Virus record (IMG/VR): IMGVR_UViG_2531839523_000012
Span: 1 to 40,154 of that record
Strand: one strand, 5' to 3'
Source of the DNA: a virus
Taxonomy: Duplodnaviria; Heunggongvirae; Uroviricota; Caudoviricetes
DNA length: 40,154 nucleotides
Below the pieces are notes generated by a model. It had not been told where the DNA came from. It worked only from the letters and a program-made list of their open reading frames with translations, and did no database searches. The translations under genes and the position numbers were made by a program. Shown piece by piece: positions 9,355 through 18,163 of the stretch (positions are counted from its first letter, which is position 1; each line of letters opens with the position of its first letter).

Positions 9355-9720
9355 ATGCGTGATATTCAAATGGTTCTTGAACGTTGGGGGGCATGGGTGG
9401 CAAATAATCACGAGGATGTCACCTGGTCGTCTATTGCTGCAGGATTTAAAGGACTAATCCCTTCAAAAGTAAAATCCCGCCCGCAATGTTGTGACGATGA
9501 CGCGATGATCATTTGTGGGTGCATGGCTCGCCTGAAAAAGAACAACAGCGATTTGCACGATTTATTAGTGGATTATTATGTAGGTGGTATGACGTTTATG
9601 GCGCTTGCCCGTAAACATGGGCGTTCTGATTGCTGGGTTGGGCGTTTATTGCAAAAGGCTGAAGGTGTAGTTGATGGCATGTTAATGATGTTAGAAATTG
9701 AGCTAGAGATGGATCGTTAG
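9355..9720 (+). CDS. Q: Late-gene antiterminator Q (QuuD/phage-21-type family)
   Basis: [34 protein letters not shown]...[32 protein letters not shown] closely matches the remembered E. coli QuuD sequence; GGAGA ribosome-binding site. Confidence 0.8.
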   Translation: MRDIQMVLERWGAWVANNHEDVTWSSIAAGFKGLIPSKVKSRPQCCDDDAMIICGCMARLKKNNSDLHDLLVDYYVGGMTFMALARKHGRSDCWVGRLLQKAEGVVDGMLMMLEIELEMDR

Positions 9721-9762
9721 AAGACCTCTTATTGAGGGGGTAATTGAATCAGTTTAATGTGT

Positions 9763-9795
9763 GGGGAGTCGATTTATTCTCCCCATTTATTTAAT
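9763..9795 (+). terminator. Hairpin plus T-rich tract just downstream of Q
   Basis: GGGGAG-N10-CTCCCC followed by ATTTATTTAATTAATTT. Confidence 0.4.
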
Positions 9796-9803
9796 TAATT
9801 TAC

Positions 9804-10250
9804 TTAAGGTTTTAATTCATCAAGACGTTGTTGGATAGTGTTTTTGCTTGCGTTGTCTGTTATAGCCATTTGTTGTACTTGCCCCATTGCCATTTGAGTT
9901 TCCATCCACATATCGGCCCACACTTTTGTATCGTTATTAACTTGAGCGATAGTAAATCTGACTTTTGATACCGGGGTTGTTGAATAGGCATTTCCGATTA
10001 ACATTTGTCCAAAAACAGCAGAGCCGCCTTCCAGTTCTTTACCACATATAACACTGCTGTTATCCGCGTTGTAAATTATCAACCCTCTACTATTGCAGTA
10101 ATTCACAAGGGCATCTTTGACTTTATCTTTTGTCGTATTTTGATAAACCCCCTCAGGTTTTCCTGATTGAGTTTTCTTTATCAATGGTACGGAAGAAGTA
10201 CAACCTGAAATGATAGTTGCGCTAAGTAATAGTACAGTCATTTTATTCAT
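9804..10250 (-). CDS. Moron-encoded lipoprotein of unknown function
   Basis: Signal peptide with lipobox (MNKMTVLLLSATIISGC); visibly AT-rich; opposite strand to the late operon, between Q and the tRNA array. Confidence 0.6.
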   Translation of the reverse strand: MNKMTVLLLSATIISGCTSSVPLIKKTQSGKPEGVYQNTTKDKVKDALVNYCNSRGLIIYNADNSSVICGKELEGGSAVFGQMLIGNAYSTTPVSKVRFTIAQVNNDTKVWADMWMETQMAMGQVQQMAITDNASKNTIQQRLDELKP

Positions 10251-10315
10251 GTTTCTTATCCATTGTTAAGGGTATACCCACACAATTATTTTTATTGGAG
10301 ATGAATAATCAACCG

Positions 10316-10343
10316 TTTACAATCGTAAAAAATCAAATATGCT
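10316..10343 (+). promoter_or_regulatory. Candidate sigma70 promoter (possible pR' analogue)
   Basis: TTTACA-N16-TATGCT about 35 nt upstream of a short-stem/T8 terminator. Confidence 0.3.
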
Positions 10344-10376
10344 GTTAAGAGTGGTTACTTCGCCACACAACTTAAA

Positions 10377-10399
10377 CCCGCCGCTGAGCGGTTTTTTTT
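10377..10399 (+). terminator. Candidate tR'-like terminator
   Basis: CCGC-CGCTGA-GCGG short GC stem followed by eight T. Confidence 0.4.
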
Positions 10400-10518
10400 G
10401 TACCTGTAAACTTGGTGCAGTACAGTAAACACGCTGGTGGACAAGTGAAAAACAGCATTTAATCAGGCCTTCTGAAGATATTGCAGTATTAATTCTGTAA
10501 CGTTATTATTCTGCGCGC

Positions 10519-10594
10519 GGCCCTTTAGCTCAGTGGTGAGAGCGAGCGACTCATAATCGCCAGGTCGCTGGTTCAAATCCAGCAAGGGCCACCA
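10519..10594 (+). tRNA. tRNA with CAU anticodon, most similar to tRNA-Ile2 (lysidine type, ileZ-like); could be scored as Met
   Basis: 76-nt cloverleaf, acceptor GGCCCTT/AAGGGCC, anticodon loop CT-CAT-AA, T-loop GGTTCAAATCC, 3' CCA; resembles remembered ileX. Confidence 0.8.
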
Positions 10595-10595
10595 A

Positions 10596-10672
10596 CTGCC
10601 ACTAGCTCATCAGGAAAGAGCGTCAACCCTTTAAGTTGAGAGTGCGAGGTTCGAGTCCCCGGTGGCGGTCCA
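10596..10672 (+). tRNA. Atypical tRNA-like gene (anticodon loop CCTTTAA; UUU/Lys if read conventionally)
   Basis: 77 nt; acceptor CTGCCAC/GTGGCGG with one G-U pair, perfect 5-bp anticodon stem, T-loop TTCGAGT, encoded CCA; but C at position 33 and an A-C mismatch in the T-stem. Confidence 0.45.
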
Positions 10673-10674
10673 GT

Positions 10675-10750
<76 letters not shown>

Positions 10751-10753
10751 TGT

Positions 10754-10828
<75 letters not shown>

Positions 10829-11035
10829 GTTAGAGTCTTTCAGTCTGCGATGATGGGAAATCCCGGAGTGACTGAAAGACGTTTAAGTTATGAATGATCG
10901 CTTTTTTTGCAAAATTGCTGTGCAGAAATACTAACCTTCGGGCAGGCGATCATTCATAAGCACTCTGCTTTTATTCCGATTAACTGTGGGTGGTTTGTTG
11001 GATAGAGTGCTTCCCTTACTGTATATATCGTTTCG

Positions 11036-11059
11036 CCCGCTTTTGCGGGTTTTTCTTTT
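11036..11059 (+). terminator. Rho-independent terminator upstream of the holin gene
   Basis: CCCGC-TTTT-GCGGG followed by TTTTTCTTTTC. Confidence 0.55.
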
Positions 11060-11119
11060 CAAATCCCTTTCATTTCTCAGTGTAAAACTACGCCATCCGT
11101 TATTTGCGGAGGTGAGGCT

Positions 11120-11335
11120 ATGAAATCCATGGACAAAATTTCAACGGGCATTGCCTACGGCACCTCCGCAGGCAGTGCTGGCTACTGGTTTTTACAGTGG
11201 CTTGATCAGGTCAGTCCGTCACAGTGGGCTGCGATTGGTGTACTGGGGAGTCTGGTTCTGGGCTTCCTGACTTATCTGACAAATCTGTACTTCAAAATAA
11301 GAGAAGATAAGCGTAAGGCTGCACGGGGAGAGTAA
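11120..11335 (+). CDS. S: Class II holin/pinholin (S21-type)
   Basis: [27 protein letters not shown]...two TM segments and charged C-terminus; possible dual starts (Met1/Met4). Confidence 0.8.
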   Translation: MKSMDKISTGIAYGTSAGSAGYWFLQWLDQVSPSQWAAIGVLGSLVLGFLTYLTNLYFKIREDKRKAARGE

Positions 11336-11339
11336 TTCA

Positions 11340-11684
11340 ATGACACAAAAATATGAACTGATTGTGAAAGGGATCCGCAATTTTGAGAATAAAGTTACGG
11401 TAACTTTAGCGTTACGGGACAAAAAACGCTTTGACGGTGAAATTTTAGACCTGGACATCTCGCTGGACCGTGTTGAAGGTGCCGCGCTGGAGTTTTATGA
11501 GGCAGCAGCCAGAAGGAGCATCAGACAGGTCTTCCTGGATGTTGCTGCCGGGTTATGTGAAGGGGATGAGCAGTCACCGGAAAAGCGCCCCATAATTTTA
11601 GAGGCGCAGGGTGTGTGGATAACCTACAAAGGAAAACTGCCGGGAAGAATTACTGGTTCACTGAAGACTCCGCCGAAATGGTAA
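11340..11684 (+). CDS. Hypothetical protein inserted between holin and endolysin
   Basis: 114-aa ORF with GGAGAG ribosome-binding site; no recognisable family. Confidence 0.5.
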   Translation: MTQKYELIVKGIRNFENKVTVTLALRDKKRFDGEILDLDISLDRVEGAALEFYEAAARRSIRQVFLDVAAGLCEGDEQSPEKRPIILEAQGVWITYKGKLPGRITGSLKTPPKW

Positions 11685-11928
11685 TTTCACCAGCATATTT
11701 TTCTTCCAGTAATACCGCCAGCCACTTGAAAGAATTTTGTTGTTGCTGGGACCATTTGGGGTTGAGTGATTCAAGCTGGAGCGATGCCAGTGTTGGTTGC
11801 ATTTGTTCCTTGGGAATTGAGAATGCCAGATATGAAAATGCGACAGTAAGGGCATTTACATCATCCCGAAGCTTGGAAATGCAGTCGAGCAACTCCTGTA
11901 GAGAAATGGTGCTATTGTCCATAAACAA
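11650..11928 (-). CDS. Hypothetical protein, convergent with and overlapping the 3' end of 11340-11684
   Basis: 92-aa ORF with GAGAGG ribosome-binding site 7 nt upstream of ATG; protein-like composition. Confidence 0.45.
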   Translation of the reverse strand: MFMDNSTISLQELLDCISKLRDDVNALTVAFSYLAFSIPKEQMQPTLASLQLESLNPKWSQQQQNSFKWLAVLLEEKYAGEITISAESSVNQ

Positions 11929-12027
11929 TCCTCTCTATTGTATTTAACTATTCCTTGCCTGATTCAACAGGCCGGGACAGATAAACATATCCAGGGTTCA
12001 GAAACCGATAAATCCTGATAAATATCC

Positions 12028-12561
12028 ATGAGCGCAAAAATCAAATACGGCCTGTCAGCTGCTGTTCTGGCGCTGATTGCTGCAGGCGCGTCTGCTCCTC
12101 AAATACTTGACCAGTTTCTGGATGAAAAAGAGGGTAACCACACTACGGCATACCGCGATGGTTCCGGTATATGGACCATCTGTCGTGGTGCCACAATGGT
12201 GGATGGTAAGCCCGTCATACCGGGAATGAAGCTGTCGAAGGAAAAATGCGACCAGGTTAACGCTATTGAACGTGATAAGGCGCTGGCATGGGTGGAGCGC
12301 AATATTAAAGTACCACTGACCGAACCACAGAAAGCGGGTATAGCGTCATTTTGTCCCTATAACATTGGCCCCGGTAAGTGTTTCCCGTCGACGTTTTATA
12401 AGCGGCTGAATGCCGGTGATCGTAAGAGTGCATACGAGGCGATTCGCTGGTGGATAAAAGATGGTGGGCGCGATTGCCGCATACGTTCAAATAACTGCTA
12501 TGGACAGGTTATTCGTCGTGACCAGGAAAGCGCATTAGCCTGTTGGGGGATAGATCAGTGA
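12028..12561 (+). CDS. R: SAR endolysin (phage-21-type lysozyme)
   Basis: N-terminal signal-anchor-release segment ([15 protein letters not shown]) followed by a phage lysozyme fold. Confidence 0.8.
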   Translation: MSAKIKYGLSAAVLALIAAGASAPQILDQFLDEKEGNHTTAYRDGSGIWTICRGATMVDGKPVIPGMKLSKEKCDQVNAIERDKALAWVERNIKVPLTEPQKAGIASFCPYNIGPGKCFPSTFYKRLNAGDRKSAYEAIRWWIKDGGRDCRIRSNNCYGQVIRRDQESALACWGIDQ

Positions 12562-13025
12562 GCAGAGTCGCCGCGATTATTTATGCTCTGGTTATCTGCA
12601 TCATCGTCTGCCTGTCGTGGGCGGTCAATCATTGCCGTGATAACGCCATCGCCTACAAAGAACAGCGTGATAAAAAAGTCAGTGAGCTGAAGCAGGCGAC
12701 CGCCACCATTACTGACATGCAGCAACGCCAGCGTGCTGCTGATGTACTCGATGCTAAATACACGAAGGAGTTGGCTGATGCGAAAGCTGAAAATGATGCT
12801 CTTCGGCGCAAGCTTGATAATGGTGGTCGGGTGCTCGTCAAAGGAAAATGCTCTGTGCCATCCTCAGCCGAAACCTCCAGCGCCTCCGGCATGGGCAATG
12901 ATGCCACCGTCGAACTCTCTCCAGTTGCTGGACGAAACGTTCTCGGTATCCGGGACGGAATCATCAGAGACCAGACAGCACTGAGAACGCTTCAGGAATA
13001 TATCAGGACGCAATGCCTTCGATGA
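12558..13025 (+). CDS. Rz: Rz i-spanin
   Basis: GTG start overlapping the R stop; [38 protein letters not shown]...[15 protein letters not shown] closely parallels lambda Rz. Confidence 0.75.
   Translation: MSRVAAIIYALVICIIVCLSWAVNHCRDNAIAYKEQRDKKVSELKQATATITDMQQRQRAADVLDAKYTKELADAKAENDALRRKLDNGGRVLVKGKCSVPSSAETSSASGMGNDATVELSPVAGRNVLGIRDGIIRDQTALRTLQEYIRTQCLR
12778..12984 (+). CDS. Rz1: Rz1 o-spanin lipoprotein embedded in the +1 frame of Rz
   Basis: [21 protein letters not shown] lipobox then Pro-rich [11 protein letters not shown], as in lambda Rz1. Confidence 0.65.
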   Translation: MRKLKMMLFGASLIMVVGCSSKENALCHPQPKPPAPPAWAMMPPSNSLQLLDETFSVSGTESSETRQH

Positions 13026-13619
13026 TAGCGATAATTTTACTCATCATCCTTCACATCTGGCTCTGTAGACAGGGTGGTGATCACTTCTGGAGTGAATCCA
13101 GATTAAACATCTCATTGCTGATGCTTGAAGTTGAGCATCTGGCGCGCGGTAAGGGGCTGCGTTGAAATAAGAGCCAGTCATTACAAATACCAGGATTTAG
13201 CCTCGTATTCGCGGGGCTTTTTATTGCCATTACAAAAGCCACTCCCTACAGAGTGGCTTTGATAATGGCTTATACCCTACACGGGATAACTTAACTGATA
13301 TCCCTTTTAACGGATAAAGGTATTCAAGCCTGACACATCATGCGCTGTATCGTCGCCGTATTCCCGTATTAACAGAGACCGTAGCCCGACGGGGAACTCC
13401 TTCTGCGAGAGTGTGCGGGAATAATCAAAAACGATGCACACCGGGTTTTTACCGCGTTTATGGTTCGCGGGTTTGTCCCTCATGCTCGCCAGTCCTGTGC
13501 GGGGGTGGAAGAAACAGGATACTCACACAGATTCTTGTGGGCACGATGCTATTCCTTTCTGGATTATCCCGATGCCATTCATGCAAGGCGCTGTATCAGA
13601 CGTTCGTCATGGCTGTCAG

Positions 13620-13800
13620 GCTGACGGGTCCTCCCGGTGGGGTGGCCTGCCACGGGGCGGGAGCGTCGCGGAAAAAGGCTAGTTTTTGCATTTTTATCGG
13701 CCACCATCATCTTTGCATCTTATTGATTATTAATGTTATTTGTTTTTTGTATGTCGAATTGAGTGTTTTTTGTTCGACATCGAACGCGTTTTCTTAAAGT
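13620..13800. promoter_or_regulatory. Lambda-like cos site (cosQ/cosN/cosB candidate)
   Basis: ACGGGTCCTCCCGGTG...CACGGGGCGGGAGCGTCGCGG (13621-13671) parallels the remembered lambda cos region; AT-rich tract follows; lies between Rz and the small terminase gene. Confidence 0.5.
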
Positions 13801-13839
13801 TGTTCGCACGATGCATGTTTAAAGCTCTCCGGAGGAAAT

Positions 13840-14331
13840 ATGGATCATGAGTTGAAAAACCTGGTGCTGAATATTAATCAACTGGCGGCTTTATCTGGTC
13901 TGCACCGCCAGACTGTCGTGGCAAGACTGAAAAACATTCGTCCCGCTGGTGGACATGACAAACTCAAGCTATACCGGTTGACCGATATTCTGACTGAATT
14001 TATGGGGTTACCACCGCCGGTTGCTGAGGGCGAAATGGATCCACATGAACGCAAAGCCTGGTATCAGTCTGAACGTGAGCGTCTTAAGTTCGAACAGGAA
14101 ACGGCACAACTCATTCCGGCCAGTGATGTCAGACGGGAGTTTGCCATCTGGGCAAAAGCGGTCGTGCAGGTGCTGGAGACATTACCGGATATTCTGGAAC
14201 GTGACTGCGGCCTGCAGCCTGTCGCTGTGAGCCGTGTTCAGTCCATTATTGATGATCTGCGCGATCAGATAGCCCTGCGGGTGACCGAAGCAGGTGCGGA
14301 TGATGAGGAGGAATTACAGCAGGAGGAGTAA
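13840..14331 (+). CDS. Terminase small subunit (Nu1-like)
   Basis: N-terminal winged HTH (NINQLAALSGLHRQTVVARLKN), acidic C-terminus, GGAGG ribosome-binding site, position after cos. Confidence 0.7.
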   Translation: MDHELKNLVLNINQLAALSGLHRQTVVARLKNIRPAGGHDKLKLYRLTDILTEFMGLPPPVAEGEMDPHERKAWYQSERERLKFEQETAQLIPASDVRREFAIWAKAVVQVLETLPDILERDCGLQPVAVSRVQSIIDDLRDQIALRVTEAGADDEEELQQEE

Positions 14332-16433
14332 TGCTGAATCAGGAAACCGCAAAGGCAGCACGAACCGATTCAGGTTATATCCTTCGCGCACCGAGACGAA
14401 TGCGGGTTGCTGATGCCGTTGCTCAGTATATGCGAGTGCCCATGGGGGCCGGGAACTCAGTCCCGTGGGATCCGCTGGTGGCACCGTATGTTCTTGAGCC
14501 GATGAACTGCCTGGCCTCGCGTGAATACGACGCAGTGATATTTGTTGGTCCGGCACGAACCGGCAAGACTATCGGCCTGATTGACGGCTGGGGGATTTAC
14601 AACGTGATTTGCGATCCTGCGGATATGCTGATCATTCAGATGACGGAGGAAAAAGCCCGCGAACCCTCCAAAAAACGACTTGCCAGAACGTTTCGCGTCA
14701 GCCAGGAAGTGGTCAGTCGCCTGAGTCCGAACAAAAATGACAACAACGTTTATGACAGAACATTCCTTGCTGGCAACTACCTGAAAATCGGCTGGCCGTC
14801 AGTCAATATCATGTCCTCATCAGATTATAAATGCGTGGCGCTGACGGATTATGACCGTTTTCCGGAAGATATTGATGGCGAGGGGGATGCCTTCTCTCTT
14901 GCCTCAAAACGTACCACCACATTTATGTCCAGTGGTATGACGCTGGTGGAGAGTTCCCCCGGCAGGGATGTGAAGGATGTGAAATGGCGACGGACTTCAC
15001 CGCATGAGGCTCCACCAACCACGGGGATACTGTCGCTCTATAACCGTGGCGATCGCCGTCGCTGGTACTGGCCCTGTCCACACTGTGGTGAGTATTTTCA
15101 GCCCTGCGGCGATGTGGTTGCTGGTTTCCGTGATATTGCCGATCCCGTGCTGGCAAGTGAGGCGGCTTATATTCAGTGTCCTTCCTGTTCAGGACGGATT
15201 ATGCCTGAACAAAAACGTGAGCTGAACGGACGTGGGGTCTGGTTGCGGGATGGTGAATCCATCAATGCGGATGGCAGTCGTTATGGTGATCCCCGACGCT
15301 CACGTATTGCGTCATTCTGGATGGAGGGTCCGGCAGCTGCTTACCAGACACTCTCGCAACTCGTTTACAAACTGCTTACTGCAGAACAGGAATACGAGAC
15401 AACCGGAAGTGAAGAAACACTCAAGACGGTTATCAATACCGACTGGGGATTACCTTATCTTCCCCGTGCCAGCATGGAGCAACGAAAAAGTGAACTGCTT
15501 GAGCAGCGGGCAGAGCCAGTTCCTTCCCGCAGTGTGCCGGATGGCGTTAATTTCCTGGTGGCGACAGTTGATGTGCAGGCGGGACGTCATCGCCGTTTTG
15601 TGGTTCAGGTAACGGGCTATGGCAGCCGTGGCGAACGCTGGATTATTGATCGTTACAACATCACGCAGTCATTGCGCGGTGACAGCGACGGGGAGAGCCA
15701 GCGAATTGATCCGGCCAGCTATCCGGAAGACTGGGATGTCCTGCTGACGGATGTTTTTCATAAAAGCTGGCCGCTGGCCTCCGATCCTTCTCAACAAATG
15801 CGACTGATGGCAATGGCGGTGGACTCCGGCGGTGAAGACGGGGTCACCGATAATGCCTATAAATTCTGGCGTCGTTGCCGTCGTGATGGCCTTGGTAAAC
15901 GTATTTACCTGTTTAAGGGCGACAGCATCCGGCGCGCAAAACTGATCACCCGTACATTCCCTGATAACACCGGACGAACGGGCCGACGGGCGCAGGCCGC
16001 AGGTGATGTGCCGCTCTGGCTTCTTCAGACGGATGCCCTGAAAGACCGGGTGAATAACGCGTTATGGCGTGACTCGCCAGGTCCCGGCTATGTGCATTTC
16101 CCTGACTGGCTGGGGAGCTGGTTTTACGACGAACTGACGTATGAAGAGCGGAGTAGTGACGGGAAATGGAGTAAGCCGGGTCGCGGTGCCAACGAAGCTT
16201 TTGACCTGATGGTGTATGCCGAGGCTCTGGTCATTCTGCATGGATACGAAAAGATCCGCTGGCCGGATGCACCGGAGTGGGCGAGCCGGGAAACCTGGCT
16301 GGAGTGTGTCCCGGACAGTACCGAACCGTCACCCTCACCGGAACCGGTATCCACGCCTGTTAAAAAACAAAAACGGAAGAAAACAGTAACTGACGATGTT
16401 AACCCCTGGCTGACTTCCGGAGGATGGTTATGA
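14331..16433 (+). CDS. Terminase large subunit (GpA family)
   Basis: 700 aa; Walker A-like VIFVGPARTGKT; Cys-rich segment CPHCGEYF...CPSCSG. Confidence 0.85.
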   Translation: MLNQETAKAARTDSGYILRAPRRMRVADAVAQYMRVPMGAGNSVPWDPLVAPYVLEPMNCLASREYDAVIFVGPARTGKTIGLIDGWGIYNVICDPADMLIIQMTEEKAREPSKKRLARTFRVSQEVVSRLSPNKNDNNVYDRTFLAGNYLKIGWPSVNIMSSSDYKCVALTDYDRFPEDIDGEGDAFSLASKRTTTFMSSGMTLVESSPGRDVKDVKWRRTSPHEAPPTTGILSLYNRGDRRRWYWPCPHCGEYFQPCGDVVAGFRDIADPVLASEAAYIQCPSCSGRIMPEQKRELNGRGVWLRDGESINADGSRYGDPRRSRIASFWMEGPAAAYQTLSQLVYKLLTAEQEYETTGSEETLKTVINTDWGLPYLPRASMEQRKSELLEQRAEPVPSRSVPDGVNFLVATVDVQAGRHRRFVVQVTGYGSRGERWIIDRYNITQSLRGDSDGESQRIDPASYPEDWDVLLTDVFHKSWPLASDPSQQMRLMAMAVDSGGEDGVTDNAYKFWRRCRRDGLGKRIYLFKGDSIRRAKLITRTFPDNTGRTGRRAQAAGDVPLWLLQTDALKDRVNNALWRDSPGPGYVHFPDWLGSWFYDELTYEERSSDGKWSKPGRGANEAFDLMVYAEALVILHGYEKIRWPDAPEWASRETWLECVPDSTEPSPSPEPVSTPVKKQKRKKTVTDDVNPWLTSGGWL

Positions 16434-16642
16434 ACCAGAATGATATCGAAGCCATGATTCAGCGTTATACGGAAGCTGAAATGGCGGTGCTGGACGGAAA
16501 ATCCGTCACCTTTAATGGTCAGCAGATGACCATGGAAAACTTATCTGAGATCCGGCAGGGACGGCAGGAGTGGGAGCGCCGCCTTGCGGCTCTGATTACA
16601 CGACGACGGGGGCATCCCGGGTATCGGCTGGCGAGGTTCTGA
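16424..16642 (+). CDS. Head-tail joining protein (gpW-like)
   Basis: 72 aa, ends RRRGHPGYRLARF like lambda W; sits between terminase and portal. Confidence 0.6.
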   Translation: MVMNQNDIEAMIQRYTEAEMAVLDGKSVTFNGQQMTMENLSEIRQGRQEWERRLAALITRRRGHPGYRLARF

Positions 16643-18150
16643 TGGCTATTCTTGATGATGTGATTGGCGTTTTTTCACCAGGATGGAAAGCGGCAAGGCT
16701 GCGTTCCCGTGCGGTGATCCAGGCTTATGAGGCCGTAAAAACGACGCGGACACACAAAGCCCGGCGGGAAAACCGAACTGCCGACCAGTTAAGCCAGTAC
16801 GGGGCCGTGTCGTTACGTGAGCAGGCCCGTTACCTTGATAACAACCACGATCTGGTTATTGGTGTATTTGACAAGCTGGAAGAACGGGTGGTGGGGAAAA
16901 ACGGGATTATTGTCGAGCCACATCCGGTATTACGCAATGGGGCCATTGCCCGTGACCTGGCTGCGGAGATTCGCACCCGATGGAGTGAATGGTCTGTCAG
17001 TCCGGAAGTCACCGGGCAGTTTACCCGTCCGATGCTGGAACGTCTGATGCTGCGTACCTGGCTGCGCGATGGTGAGGTGTTTGCCCAGATGGTTTCCGGG
17101 CGCATAAACAGCCTGACGCCTTCTGCCGGTGTTAATTTCTGGCTGGAGGCGCTCGAGCCGGACTTTATTCCCATGACCAGTGATGATAGCAACAGGCTGA
17201 ATCAGGGCGTGTTTGTTGATGACTGGGGGCGTCCCGAAAAATATCTGGTGTATAAAAGCCGTCCCGTATCCGGGCGGCAGATGGAAACCAAAGAAGTGGA
17301 TGCAGAGCGAATGCTGCATCTTAAATTTGTTCGCCGTCTGCACCAGATGCGCGGGACGTCTTTGTTGTCCGGTGTGCTGATCCGCCTCAGTGCCCTGAAA
17401 GAGTATGAAGATTCTGAGCTGACTGCAGCAAGGATCGCCGCTGCTCTGGGGATGTACATCCGGAAAGGCGACGGGCAGAGCTATGAACCGGATGGTAATG
17501 GCAGCAAGGAGAATGAACGCGAGCTTACCATTCAGCCAGGCATTATTTACGACGATCTGAAACCCGGCGAAGAAATCGGAATGGTGAAGTCGGATCGTCC
17601 CAATCCTAACCTTGAAACTTTTCGTAATGGTCAGTTGCGTGCCGTGGCGGCGGGCAGTCGTCTGAGTTTTTCCAGTACGGCACGCAACTATAACGGCACT
17701 TACAGCGCCCAGCGTCAGGAACTGGTTGAGTCTACTGATGGCTACCTGATCCTGCAGGACTGGTTTATTGGTGCCGTCCCCCGCCCGATGTATCGTGCCT
17801 GGCTGAAACAGGCTGTGGCATCCGGTGTTATCAGGCTACCCCGCGATCTTGACCGTTCTTCACTGTATACCGCGGTGTATTCCGGACCGGTGATGCCGTG
17901 GATTGACCCTGTTAAGGAGGCTGAGGCCTGGAAAATCCAGATTCGTGGTGGAGCGGCGACAGAATCAGACTGGGTACGTGCAGGTGGTCGTAATCCGGAT
18001 GATGTCAAACGTCGGCGCAAGGCCGAAATTGATGAAAACCGCAAGCTGGATCTGGTATTTGATACCGATCCGGCCAGTGATAAAGGAGGCAGCAGTGCCG
18101 CAACGAAACGACAGGAGCCGCAGCACACCGACGACCAGTCCGAAGAATAA
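16642..18150 (+). CDS. Portal protein
   Basis: About 500 aa, start overlapping the W stop (ATGA), position and size typical of a lambda-like portal. Confidence 0.75.
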   Translation: MAILDDVIGVFSPGWKAARLRSRAVIQAYEAVKTTRTHKARRENRTADQLSQYGAVSLREQARYLDNNHDLVIGVFDKLEERVVGKNGIIVEPHPVLRNGAIARDLAAEIRTRWSEWSVSPEVTGQFTRPMLERLMLRTWLRDGEVFAQMVSGRINSLTPSAGVNFWLEALEPDFIPMTSDDSNRLNQGVFVDDWGRPEKYLVYKSRPVSGRQMETKEVDAERMLHLKFVRRLHQMRGTSLLSGVLIRLSALKEYEDSELTAARIAAALGMYIRKGDGQSYEPDGNGSKENERELTIQPGIIYDDLKPGEEIGMVKSDRPNPNLETFRNGQLRAVAAGSRLSFSSTARNYNGTYSAQRQELVESTDGYLILQDWFIGAVPRPMYRAWLKQAVASGVIRLPRDLDRSSLYTAVYSGPVMPWIDPVKEAEAWKIQIRGGAATESDWVRAGGRNPDDVKRRRKAEIDENRKLDLVFDTDPASDKGGSSAATKRQEPQHTDDQSEE

Positions 18151-18163
18151 TTCCTGGTTCAGG

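Noticed and set aside
16830..17459. Minus-strand ORFs of 120-137 aa inside the portal gene, and similar antisense ORFs within capsid, tape-measure and L genes
   Set aside because: All are antisense to long, well-supported structural genes with biased composition.
17903..18163. Upstream start for the protease-capsid ORF overlapping the portal gene by about 250 nt
   Set aside because: Would require extensive out-of-frame overlap with the portal; the first ATG after the portal stop (18164) is more plausible, though unverified.
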